64,000 nucleotides of DNA from Candidatus Saccharimonadales bacterium (GTDB lineage: Bacteria > Patescibacteriota > Saccharimonadia > Saccharimonadales > EFPC-124), in NCBI GenBank assembly GCA_050730875.1, contig JBOHNX010000002.1, forward strand, positions 156,805 to 220,804, given 5' to 3'. The notes beneath the pieces are model-generated. The model searched no databases. It saw only the letters and a program-made list of their open reading frames with translations, and was not told the origin of the DNA. Made by a program: the position numbers and the translations under genes. Below, one piece after another: positions 19,957-28,732 of the stretch (positions within the stretch are counted from its first letter, which is position 1; the number at the start of each line of letters is the position of its first letter).

Positions 19957-20771
19957 TAGACATTCTCCGCAAAGTTAGGTGATTCCCGTCGGAAGTACCA
20001 AATAGACATAGCAGTAAGACAGAGAACAACGCTAATAGGGATAAGCCTCGCCAGCGACGTGCCGAACGCATCGGCAATTGTTATGGTGTTTGGATCAATA
20101 AGTAATGCTCTAGCATCTTGCAAGGCTTGGGCTATCGGGTTGAGGAGCATTATCTGGACCGCAAGCGTGGAGACCGGTATAACCATCGACAGTGGGTATA
20201 TGATGGGCGTAGCATAGAAGGCTGCCTGCAAAACCACTTCCCAAATATAATTGACATCCCGAAACTTCACATAAAGAGCGCTCAGTAAGAAGGATAACGA
20301 AAGTGCAGTGATAAATATTTCGATTATAGGAATAATCGCAAACGGAGCTGTCCACCCGATCACTACGCCGTCCAAGACCATAAAGAATGCGACCACCACA
20401 AGATTAAGAAGGAGATTGATTAAAGCAGACAATGATCCCGCCACCACTATCACATAGCGTGGGAAATAGAGTTTACGCATGAGATCACCCTTGCTGACGA
20501 TTGAAGCAACGCCGCCCAGTGTTACCTCAGTAAAGTAATTCCAAAGAACGATACCGAACAGCAAGGATACCGCAAAATGCGGCTCGTCGGCACCAAACCT
20601 CAGGAACCGTACAAAAACCACATACAGAATCGCAAACAATGCAAGGGGCTTAAGCAGCGTCCACAAATAACCCAGAACCGAGCCTTGATACCGGAGCTTA
20701 AAATCAGTAATTACTAGCTGGCGCAGCAAAATAATTGAATAATGATATCTTTGTTTCAGTCGTTCAAACAT
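19956..20771 (-). CDS. wzm: ABC-2 type polysaccharide exporter permease
   Basis: 271 aa, six hydrophobic helices, N-terminal FKLRYQGSVLGYLWTLLKP motif. Stop and start overlap with wzt. Confidence 0.9.
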   Translation of the reverse strand: MFERLKQRYHYSIILLRQLVITDFKLRYQGSVLGYLWTLLKPLALFAILYVVFVRFLRFGADEPHFAVSLLFGIVLWNYFTEVTLGGVASIVSKGDLMRKLYFPRYVIVVAGSLSALINLLLNLVVVAFFMVLDGVVIGWTAPFAIIPIIEIFITALSLSFLLSALYVKFRDVNYIWEVVLQAAFYATPIIYPLSMVIPVSTLAVQIMLLNPIAQALQDARALLIDPNTITIADAFGTSLARLIPISVVLCLTAMSIWYFRRESPNFAENV

Positions 20772-20872
20772 AATGTATTCTAAAAGGATATTATAGAGAG
20801 CAACGAGTATAGAAGCAAACTCCTTATCATTTGTATCTCTCGCGATTTATTATTTAAAGTTACAATAGACAT

Positions 20873-21808
20873 ATGAGCAATACACAGACAATTCTTGTAA
20901 CCGGTATTAACGGCTTTGTTGGTCATCATCTTGCGGCGGAGCTAAAAAGCAGAAACTTATCCGTTATTGGGCTTGGCCATGATGGCAGACCTACCGAAGA
21001 GGTAAGCAAATACATCGACACTTACATTGGTTGCGATCTAACTAACGAAGCGGCTGTCAAAGAAGTAGATTTTAGTAAGGTAGACGTCATTATTCACCTT
21101 GCTGGATTAGCATCACAGGGAATGTCGTTTGCTGAACCGCGGCGTTTTATTGCCGATAACAGCGCGATGATTATTAATCTTTTTGAAGCAGCAATGAGTC
21201 AGCAGCTTAATCATAAACCGCGTTTTATCGTTGTCAGTTCCGGCGCAGTATACGATAACAATCAGCCTATGCCGCTTACCGAAGACAGCAGGACAACGAA
21301 CGCATCCCCTTATGTTATTAGCAAGCTGTTAACCGAAGACTTGTGCGGTTATTATCAATCGCGTGGGTTTGATTGCGTGATAGCTCGGCCCTTCAATCAC
21401 ATCGGCCCTGGCCAGAGTCCAGGTTTCTTATTACCCGACCTTGTCAGCCAAATTAGGGAGGCGACAGAAAGCAAGGAGCCTATGAAGGTTGGTAACCTAA
21501 AGAGTCGGCGTGATTATACCGATGTTCGCGATGTGGTAAAGGCGTATGCTCTTTTAGCAACTACCGAGAAGTTGCATCATCGTCTATACAATATATGTTC
21601 AGGTGGGAGTACCTCTGGCGAAGAATTGCTTGCCATGATAACAAAAGAGCTATATGCCAAAAAAGTAAACGTTGTCGTCGACCCAAATAAACTTCGGCCG
21701 AATGACCCGCCCGAGATTTATGGCAGTTATGAGCGGCTAGCAATTGACACGGGATGGAAACCGACTCTTCCCTTAGAAACAACGATCCGTGACTTTATAA
21801 AAGGATGA
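20873..21808 (+). CDS. NAD(P)-dependent epimerase/dehydratase, GDP-4-keto-6-deoxy-D-mannose reductase (Rmd)-like
   Basis: ILVTGINGFVGHHL Rossmann motif and the SDR catalytic YVISK (YxxxK). Genomic association with gmd and manC. Confidence 0.65.
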   Translation: MSNTQTILVTGINGFVGHHLAAELKSRNLSVIGLGHDGRPTEEVSKYIDTYIGCDLTNEAAVKEVDFSKVDVIIHLAGLASQGMSFAEPRRFIADNSAMIINLFEAAMSQQLNHKPRFIVVSSGAVYDNNQPMPLTEDSRTTNASPYVISKLLTEDLCGYYQSRGFDCVIARPFNHIGPGQSPGFLLPDLVSQIREATESKEPMKVGNLKSRRDYTDVRDVVKAYALLATTEKLHHRLYNICSGGSTSGEELLAMITKELYAKKVNVVVDPNKLRPNDPPEIYGSYERLAIDTGWKPTLPLETTIRDFIKG

Positions 21809-21815
21809 GGATGTT

Positions 21816-22349
21816 ATGTCTTGGAAGAAACTGAGCACACGAAAGGTTTTTGAACATGCTCGCATTGAAATATATGAAGATATCGTAGAACTTCCTAGCG
21901 GCCACCAAACTGATTACATTCACTTTGGATCCGAAAAAGATGTCGCAACTATAATAGCTGTTAACGAGATGGATAAAATATTGCTCCAGAGGGAGTATAG
22001 TTATCCTCAAAGAGAGAAGCTCTTTCAGTTCCCTGGCGGTGCTATAGAAGATGGCGAAACCTCATTAGAAGGTGCTGCACGCGAACTAGCAGAAGAGGGG
22101 CAATTAAAAGGTGAGTTGAAACAAATCGGCTGGTTCTTTATTAATAACCGCAGGAGCACTTCAAAAATGTACGTTTTTGTTGCAACGAACCTTCAGCCAA
22201 CAGAAGCAGAAAAAGATATCGAGGAAGAATTTGAGGACTTTTGGTTAACACCCGATGAAATAAACGAATTAATTCGCAAAAACAAAATCTGCAATTACAG
22301 CACTCTTTCTGCCTGGACATTTTTTATCAATAACCAACAACACCAATAA
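21816..22349 (+). CDS. NUDIX hydrolase (possibly a nucleotide-sugar hydrolase, judged from context)
   Basis: Canonical Nudix box GGAIEDGETSLEGAARELAEEGQL. Confidence 0.8.
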   Translation: MSWKKLSTRKVFEHARIEIYEDIVELPSGHQTDYIHFGSEKDVATIIAVNEMDKILLQREYSYPQREKLFQFPGGAIEDGETSLEGAARELAEEGQLKGELKQIGWFFINNRRSTSKMYVFVATNLQPTEAEKDIEEEFEDFWLTPDEINELIRKNKICNYSTLSAWTFFINNQQHQ

Positions 22350-22393
22350 GGGTAGTTTCTGCGGCCTGTGAAATTTTACTTACCTACGATGTT

Positions 22394-23395
22394 TTAGCGA
22401 GAGAGATGCGCTTCTTCGACAGTAAGGTCGTGTTGCACCATCATTTTAACGAGCCCAGAAAAGTCTACTTGTCGTTTCCAGCCAAGTTCCCTTTCTGCCT
22501 TACTTGGATCACCAAGCAATAGGTCTACCTCTGCTGGTCGCATGAAGCGTGGGTCTTGTTTTACGTAAGGTCGCCAATCGTCGATGCCGATTTCTTTAAA
22601 AGCAAGTTCGAGGAATTCTTCGATTGAGTGTGTTTCGCCCGTGGCCAGAACATAATCATCCGGCTTATTTTGTTGCAACATACGCCACATACCTTCGACA
22701 TAGTCGCCAGCATAACCCCAGTCGCGTTTTGGCCACAAGTCTCCGAGGACAATATGGTCTTGCTGGCCAAGTTTAATGCGCGCAACTGCGTTACTAATTT
22801 TACGAGTAACAAATTCTAAACCACGGCGTGGACCTTCGTGGTTAAACAAAATACCGCAGCTTACAAACATGCCGTAGCTTTCGCGGTAGTTGCGAGCAAT
22901 CCAGTGGCCATATAGCTTTGCGACACCGTATGGGCTGCGGGGGTGGAATATTGCATTTTCGTCGTATCCTTTGTCTGGCCGGTTATATTCAAGACCGCCG
23001 AACATTTCAGAGGTTGATGCTTGATAAAAACGCGTTTTTTCTCCACCGGCTAAGCGGACAGCTTCTAACATGTTCAGCACGCCCCTACCTGTGATGTCTG
23101 CTGTTAGTTGTGGGTTCTTGAATGAATAACCAACATGGCTTATGGCTGCGAGGTTATACACTTCATCGGGCTTAGCTAGGGTGACCGCCCGAACGAGTGA
23201 CGATGGATCCAATAAATCGGCCTCAATCAGCGTAACGTAAGGAAATTCTTTTTCGGTAACTTCTCTTTTGGGATTGTGCTGCCCACGTATAATCCCAAAG
23301 ATTTCGTAATCCTTTTCATGGAGTAATTCAGCCAAGTGCCCGCCGTCTTGTCCAGTAATACCAGTAATAAGAGCTCTTTTCCGAGAATCAGACAT
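22394..23395 (-). CDS. gmd: GDP-mannose 4,6-dehydratase
   Basis: I trimmed the start to the ATG at 23395 (MSDSRKRALITGITGQDGGHLAELL). Conserved ...FYQASTSEMFG...SPYGVAKLYGHW...LFNHEGPRRG. Confidence 0.92.
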   Translation of the reverse strand: MSDSRKRALITGITGQDGGHLAELLHEKDYEIFGIIRGQHNPKREVTEKEFPYVTLIEADLLDPSSLVRAVTLAKPDEVYNLAAISHVGYSFKNPQLTADITGRGVLNMLEAVRLAGGEKTRFYQASTSEMFGGLEYNRPDKGYDENAIFHPRSPYGVAKLYGHWIARNYRESYGMFVSCGILFNHEGPRRGLEFVTRKISNAVARIKLGQQDHIVLGDLWPKRDWGYAGDYVEGMWRMLQQNKPDDYVLATGETHSIEEFLELAFKEIGIDDWRPYVKQDPRFMRPAEVDLLLGDPSKAERELGWKRQVDFSGLVKMMVQHDLTVEEAHLSR

Positions 23396-23470
23396 CTTTT
23401 TATCTATCTCCTGATAAACTTTGTTTGTAGCTATACAGCATATATTATAAAGGTTATCACAGAGTTTTCC

Positions 23471-24571
23471 ATGAAGATTGCAATAGATGCCCGGATTATT
23501 AACTCGAGTACTGGCCGCTATGTAGAGCGGTTGCTTACTTATTTGGAGCGGCTGGATAGCGATCATGATTATTTGGTGCTGGTCCGCAAGAAAGATATGG
23601 ACTACTGGCGCCCGACTAACCCCCGTTTTCAGTTAGTTGAGGCGGATTTTGCGGATTATAGTTTTGCAGAGCAGATTGGCTTTGCTCGCCTTCTTTACCG
23701 CCTGAAACCGGATTTGGTGCATTTTTGCATGCCACAGCAGCCAATCTTCTACACTCGCCCGTCTATTACTACGGTGCATGACCTCAACTTGCTGCGTATT
23801 ACTAGCAATGACGACATGGGCACGCTTGAACTCTTTGTTAAAAAACTTATTTTCCGCGGTGTGCTGTGGGTTGTGGCGCATCGCAACAAGCATATTCTGA
23901 CGCCCAGCGAATTTACGAAGCGGGATTTAGTGGAATTTAGCCGCATTTCGCCGCAAAAGATCACGGTTACGTATGAGGGTGCCGACACGGCTACTGCTGA
24001 ACCAAAGCCTGTCGAGCAGCTCAAAAACAAACGCTTCATTTTGTATGTTGGACGGGCCGAACCGTATAAGAACAACCGCGGACTAATCGAGGCTCATCAG
24101 CAACTGCTTGCAAAACACCCTGATTTGCATTTGGTGATTGTTGGTAAAAAAGATGTGCTGCGCGAGGCCGATATACAGTGGGCCACCGAGCATGGTCTGG
24201 CCGTGAATGTAGACTTTTTAGGGTTTGTGAGCGACGAGGAGCTCGCTTGGCTATACAAGCACTGTCAGGCGTATATTGTGCCGTCGTTAATGGAGGGTTT
24301 CGGCCTACCAGGGCTGGAGGCTATGGGTTCCGGCGCTCCGGTGGTGAGCAGTAACACTACTTGTCTGCCAGAGGTATACCAAGACGGCGCACATTACTTT
24401 GACCCGCACGATTCTGGCGATATGGCACGGGCGATTGATGAGGTTGTTAGTAGCGAGAACTTACGCGCAACACTAATAGAGAATGCCAAAAAGGTCCACG
24501 CGCAATATTCGTGGAAGCGCATGGCCGAGCAAACGCTAGCTACTTATCAGCAGGTTCTGAATCGCCGCTAG
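23471..24571 (+). CDS. Glycosyltransferase family 4
   Basis: I trimmed the start to the ATG at 23471 (MKIAIDARIINSSTGRYVERL). LMEGFGLPGLEAMGSGAPVVSSNTTCLPEV. Confidence 0.85.
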   Translation: MKIAIDARIINSSTGRYVERLLTYLERLDSDHDYLVLVRKKDMDYWRPTNPRFQLVEADFADYSFAEQIGFARLLYRLKPDLVHFCMPQQPIFYTRPSITTVHDLNLLRITSNDDMGTLELFVKKLIFRGVLWVVAHRNKHILTPSEFTKRDLVEFSRISPQKITVTYEGADTATAEPKPVEQLKNKRFILYVGRAEPYKNNRGLIEAHQQLLAKHPDLHLVIVGKKDVLREADIQWATEHGLAVNVDFLGFVSDEELAWLYKHCQAYIVPSLMEGFGLPGLEAMGSGAPVVSSNTTCLPEVYQDGAHYFDPHDSGDMARAIDEVVSSENLRATLIENAKKVHAQYSWKRMAEQTLATYQQVLNRR

Positions 24572-25025
24572 CTTTACGAATAATAAGGTGTCGGTCGCGA
24601 CCTTCGCCTTCAGATTCGCTCTCGAGTTGGCCAAATTCGGCAATGACGCGGTGTGCAGTGCGGCGATCAACGGCGCTCATCGGTTTAAGATGCATTGGCT
24701 CACCGCTCTCTAGCACTTGGTTTGCCCATTCACGCACTTGGTCGCTTAAACGCTCAGCACGGTGGCGTTTGTAGTTAGCCACATCGATGTTTACCCGATT
24801 AACTTCGGCCTCTTTGTTCTTCAACGCTTGCGAGAGTAAAAATTGCAGTGAACGCAGGGTTTCGCCACGTTGCCCAATTAAAAAACCATTGAGGTGTGTC
24901 GATGGCACGCTTAGCTCAATAACATCTTCTTCGCAGCGGGCAGATACCTCTGTGTTTAGCCCAAAAAACGACAGAAGATCCTCGACGTATTGCTTAGCAA
25001 AATCGATTGATGCGTCTCGATCCAT
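24540..25025 (-). CDS. jag: Jag/SpoIIIJ-associated RNA-binding protein (KH + R3H domains)
   Basis: LIGQRGETLRSLQFLL (KH) and SAVDRRTAHRVIAEF (R3H). Immediately downstream of yidC. Confidence 0.85.
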   Translation of the reverse strand: MDRDASIDFAKQYVEDLLSFFGLNTEVSARCEEDVIELSVPSTHLNGFLIGQRGETLRSLQFLLSQALKNKEAEVNRVNIDVANYKRHRAERLSDQVREWANQVLESGEPMHLKPMSAVDRRTAHRVIAEFGQLESESEGEGRDRHLIIRKASGDSEPADK

Positions 25026-25933
25026 TATTTTCTCCTCGTCTTTTTTGCTCGCTTCTTCTTGCCCACAACCTCAGCCGGTTTGGCACGCTGGGCACGCGCT
25101 TTGGTCTTTTCGCTCAGTTTTCCAAGCTCCTCTTCGTCTTTTTTAAGGACAATTGCTTGCTGGATAACAGCTACAGCACTAGTAGTTACTAGGTAGAGTA
25201 CCAGCGCGCCGGCCAGATAAATTGACACCAAGAAAGTCAAAATAGGGAACAGCCAGACCATTTTATTAGTCATAAGCGCACTCATTTCGGCTTGGTCTAC
25301 CTGCTTGCCTTTAGCCTGCTCTTTGAGCATGTCGCGTAGGCGCTTCTTTTCTTTTGGCTGCGGAAGTAGCTGTTTTGATTGGATAAACTGCAGCACCGCG
25401 GCTACGACCGCCAGGATCATAAGTGGCCAGTAGATTCCTGCACCCGGTTGGGTTGCGTGTGCCGTAAGGTCAATTAATCCTAAGAGTGACTCGTTAAACT
25501 GCCCGCCAATTGCCGCGTTGATTGCGGGGATTTGCTCGAGAAAATCGTAGGTGTATTTGGCAATTGTTTCGCCATTTTGGGTGATGAGGTTCACAACGGC
25601 GAACAGGGCGATAAAGATAGGTAGCTGAACAAGCAGGAGGCCAATCGAGCCGAACGGATTCACACCACGCTCGCGGTAAAGCTCCATCATCATCTGTGCC
25701 TCGAGTTGTTTGTTACCCTTGCCCTTTTTCTTGATTCGAGCCAGCTCCGGTTGCAGTTCGCGCATAACTTTGGTCTGTCGGAGCTGCTTCTTCACCAATG
25801 GCCACATAGCTAGGCGAATCAAAATAGTGAAGAGGATGAGGGCGACACCAAAGTCATTGCCCGGAATTAACCCGTAAATTACTACGAGTACGTTAAAGAT
25901 TGGCTGCACTAAAATAAGATCGAAAAAATTCAT
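25025..25933 (-). CDS. yidC: Membrane protein insertase YidC/Oxa1 family (short, Gram-positive type)
   Basis: ILFTILIRLAMWPLVKKQLRQTKVMRELQPE...NPFGSIGLLLVQLPIFIALF, with a basic C-terminal tail. Conserved rnpA-yidC-jag order. Confidence 0.92.
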   Translation of the reverse strand: MNFFDLILVQPIFNVLVVIYGLIPGNDFGVALILFTILIRLAMWPLVKKQLRQTKVMRELQPELARIKKKGKGNKQLEAQMMMELYRERGVNPFGSIGLLLVQLPIFIALFAVVNLITQNGETIAKYTYDFLEQIPAINAAIGGQFNESLLGLIDLTAHATQPGAGIYWPLMILAVVAAVLQFIQSKQLLPQPKEKKRLRDMLKEQAKGKQVDQAEMSALMTNKMVWLFPILTFLVSIYLAGALVLYLVTTSAVAVIQQAIVLKKDEEELGKLSEKTKARAQRAKPAEVVGKKKRAKKTRRK

Positions 25934-25966
25934 ACTGTTCTATAGCATACCAGATGACAGTAGAGA

Positions 25967-26365
25967 TTAAGAGACTGATTTTGGTTCTTGGGATGTGTTG
26001 CTGCTTACTTGGGGAGAATCAGACCAAACTTTGGCTGATTCTAGCGCCCGCTTTATCTCGGCCGTCATTTCGTCCGCCGGCAGGTCTAAGAATTTTGGAT
26101 CGTAAATACTGATAATCAAATCGTGCGCAGGTTTAATGTGGCCCCAGTTAGTTCGCAACACCTCGTACACGCGGCGACGAACTCGGTTGCGCTTGGGTGA
26201 TGCTTTAATAACTTTTTTACTAATAACTATGGCAACTCGACTGTGCTCACGCCGAGGGTTATGCGCGACCCGCACCGACATACTTTTAAAACGGTAGGTT
26301 TTGCCATGTCCCCATAAAAACTTGAGCGCACCGTGGCCGTGGAATCTGTATTTAGCAGCTAGCAT
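25967..26365 (-). CDS. rnpA: Ribonuclease P protein component
   Basis: Basic protein with RVAIVISKKVIKASPKRNRVRRRVYEVLR (RNR motif). Downstream of rpmH. Confidence 0.85.
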   Translation of the reverse strand: MLAAKYRFHGHGALKFLWGHGKTYRFKSMSVRVAHNPRREHSRVAIVISKKVIKASPKRNRVRRRVYEVLRTNWGHIKPAHDLIISIYDPKFLDLPADEMTAEIKRALESAKVWSDSPQVSSNTSQEPKSVS

Positions 26366-26399
26366 CTTACTTTTAAAGATACAGAACTCTGTACTAAAA

Positions 26400-26429
26400 A
26401 GAAACGACTCTGCTTTTAGAGTCGTTTCT
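26400..26429 (-). terminator. Hairpin with a T-run downstream of rpmH
   Basis: Perfect 12-bp stem AGAAACGACTCT / AGAGTCGTTTCT with a 6-nt loop, followed on the minus strand by TTTTT. Confidence 0.55.
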
Positions 26430-26439
26430 GTCTGTCGTG

Positions 26440-26577
26440 TTAGATAGTAAGTTTTTCGCGGCCTTTAAGTCGGCGGCGCTTCAAAACCTGTTGGCCACCC
26501 TTAGTCGCCATGCGAGCGCGGAAACCAACCTTCTTAGCACGCTTAGCCTTCTTGGGCTGATGTGTACGTTTTGGCAT
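26440..26577 (-). CDS. rpmH: 50S ribosomal protein L34
   Basis: Below the ORF-track size cutoff, so translated by hand: [45 protein letters not shown] (45 aa). Confidence 0.92.
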   Translation of the reverse strand: MPKRTHQPKKAKRAKKVGFRARMATKGGQQVLKRRRLKGREKLTI

Positions 26578-26645
26578 AATAAAAAATTCCTTTAAGCCAC
26601 TTCTGCAGCAGTTATTATCTAGAGCTACTTAATATACTGCCAGAT

Positions 26646-26759
26646 TTATCCACACTAAGCAAGCACTTTTCCACAATTTTACAGAGGTAATGCCTGACTG
26701 TGTATAAATGCCTTCTCTATCGCGTTCTGAAAATTTTATGGTTTTGTGGTTGTGGATAA
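26646..26759. promoter_or_regulatory. DnaA-box cluster upstream of dnaA (dnaA promoter / upstream half of a bipartite oriC)
   Basis: Perfect TTATCCACA at 26646-26654, TTTTCCACA at 26667-26675, and TGTGGATAA (reverse orientation) at 26751-26759. Confidence 0.7.
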
Positions 26760-26818
26760 CTACCAAAAGCCGTTATAGTAAAGAGTACTCAGTCAAAGAC
26801 ATATGTGAGTGGAGGGGA

Positions 26819-28183
26819 ATGAAAAACGCACTCTGGCAAACCGTACTCGGTGAAATTGAACTTAGCGTCTCGAAGGCCAGTTTCGTTACGTGGTTTAAAA
26901 ACACAGAACTCATTAAACACGACGGCGGCGAAGTTGTTATTGGTGTACCAAACATTTTTGCCAAAAATCAGCTCGAGGTTAAATTTAACGAGCAAATTAC
27001 ACAAACCCTTATAAAGAATGGTGTCGAGGTGCGTACAGTCACCTACACCATAAGTTCGTCCGTTAAAAAACCCCGGCGCCAACAAGCCGTCAGCGGCGAT
27101 GCGCTTGCTGCTGCGCAACCACTGGTAGCGAGCAGCGCCGCTACTCGCACTGTTACATCCAGCAACCCATCCGGACTAAATCCAAAATATACATTCAACA
27201 GCTTTATCGTTGGCTCTAGCAACGACCTAGCTTACACTGCCTGCCAGGCAGTCGCGAAAGATCCGGGCACTAAATACAACCCGCTCTTTTTGTATGGCGG
27301 TGTCGGTTTGGGTAAGACTCACCTCATGCAAGCCGTTGGCAACGAAATAAGCCGCGTACAACCGGGCGCTCGCATTCTTTATATTAGCTGCGAAACATTC
27401 GTGAACGACTTCTTGGATCACGTTCGGTTTAAGAAGAAAGGGTTCTCGAGCCGATACCGCAACGTCGACGTTTTAATTGTGGACGACTTGCAATTTATCG
27501 CCGGTAAGGAGAAGACTCAGGAAGAATTCTTCCACACCTTTAACGCACTACACCAGGCAAACAAACAGCTGATTTTAAGCTCAGACAAACCACCAAAGAG
27601 CATCCCAACCCTGGAAGAACGCCTGCGCTCGCGCCTGGAATGGGGCATGGCCATCGATATCCAATCGCCAGACTTTGAAACGCGCTGTGCAATTTTGCAG
27701 ACAAAAGCTAACCAGTCCGACATCACGCTCGGTCGCGAAGTGGTGGAATACATTGCCACCACAATCCAGACGAACATTCGTGAACTCGAAGGGGCATTGA
27801 ACCAACTGTTGGCGTTCTGCGAAATGCGCGGTATCGAGCCCGATATGCAAACCGCCCAAGGGTTGCTAGGCAACGTGCGCACCACGCGACCACACCACCT
27901 CACACCAAAACAAGTCATCGAAAAAACCGCCAAGCACTTTCAGCTTGACCCGATCGATATCGTCAGCCCAAAACGCGACAAGTACATTGTTGTACCACGG
28001 CAGATAGCTATGTATCTGTTGCGTTCAGAACTACATTTGAGTTTTCCGAAAATCGCCAACGAACTCGGCCGTAAAGACCACACCACCGCAATTCACTCGG
28101 TTGAAAAAATCGAAAAAGCCATCAAGCTCGATTACATCGTGCGCCAGCAGATCACCGAGATTCGGGAGAAGTTGTATGTATAA
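26819..28183 (+). CDS. dnaA: Chromosomal replication initiator protein DnaA
   Basis: I trimmed the start to the ATG at 26819, which is preceded by GGAGGGG. Walker A GGVGLGKTHL, and the domain IV motif KDHTTAIHSVEKI. Confidence 0.95.
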   Translation: MKNALWQTVLGEIELSVSKASFVTWFKNTELIKHDGGEVVIGVPNIFAKNQLEVKFNEQITQTLIKNGVEVRTVTYTISSSVKKPRRQQAVSGDALAAAQPLVASSAATRTVTSSNPSGLNPKYTFNSFIVGSSNDLAYTACQAVAKDPGTKYNPLFLYGGVGLGKTHLMQAVGNEISRVQPGARILYISCETFVNDFLDHVRFKKKGFSSRYRNVDVLIVDDLQFIAGKEKTQEEFFHTFNALHQANKQLILSSDKPPKSIPTLEERLRSRLEWGMAIDIQSPDFETRCAILQTKANQSDITLGREVVEYIATTIQTNIRELEGALNQLLAFCEMRGIEPDMQTAQGLLGNVRTTRPHHLTPKQVIEKTAKHFQLDPIDIVSPKRDKYIVVPRQIAMYLLRSELHLSFPKIANELGRKDHTTAIHSVEKIEKAIKLDYIVRQQITEIREKLYV

Positions 28184-28469
28184 TCCTGTCCCTGGATACC
28201 GCGAGCCTCGTCACCCCGGTATCCCACCATGCTCAGACATCGCTACGCGAACTCGCGCGGGAGCCCTCCGGGGTGCCACTCGCGGCTGGCGTTATGCCAT
28301 GCTCCATTGCGCGTGGATGCTGCGCTCGGCATATTTCACTCCGGAGCATCGTAGGCCTGGAGTATTCCAGCAAACCCTGTACCTCAGGGCTTTGCTGGAA
28401 TATGGAAGGTCGGGCACATTTGCTCTGGAGGGAAATATGCCGAAAAGCAGAGGGGAGAAAGCTGTGTCC

Positions 28470-28725
28470 AAAAATTGTGCACAACCTGTGCAAACCCAGC
28501 GGAAACACAGTGGGGTCAACATCCACAATCTCCACACGCTCGCCCAGCCAGCGCAACGCATCGCCCAAGTAATCCACCGTTTCGTCCAAACAACCGCCAC
28601 ACGTTGCACACAATTTGTGCACAACCTTCCACAGCAAAATTACAGTAGTAGATGGCAGTTTTCCGCCTTTTCCACACAACCTATTACTACGACTACTATA
28701 TTTATATATAAGATAGATACAAAGG
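28470..28725. promoter_or_regulatory. Candidate oriC core in the dnaA-dnaN spacer: DnaA-box-like sites, a 3-nt-periodic tract and an AT-rich unwinding element
   Basis: Box-like sites: ACATCCACA (28519), ATCTCCACA (28528), CCTTCCACA (28625), TTTTCCACA (28668-28676). TGTGCACAACCT occurs twice (28477, 28613). TAT TAC TAC GAC TAC TAT lies at 28683-28700, then ATTTATATATAAGATAGATA. Confidence 0.6.
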
Positions 28726-28732
28726 AGACGGT

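Noticed and set aside
22394-24571. Long N-terminal extensions of gmd (to 23566) and of the GT4 gene (from 23336) that overlap each other on opposite strands
   Set aside because: Homology-consistent starts (MSDSRKRALITG at 23395; MKIAIDARI at 23471) leave a 75-bp divergent promoter region. The extensions have no family-like sequence.
28403-28420. GGAAGGTCGGGCAC resembles the RNase P RNA CR-I motif GGAAAGTCCGGGCTC
   Set aside because: There is no complementary P4 3' strand (an ACAGAA.CCGGCTTA-like motif). The GGTAAGAGCGCACC-type or other conserved RNase P regions are absent on either strand nearby. The match itself needs a deletion.
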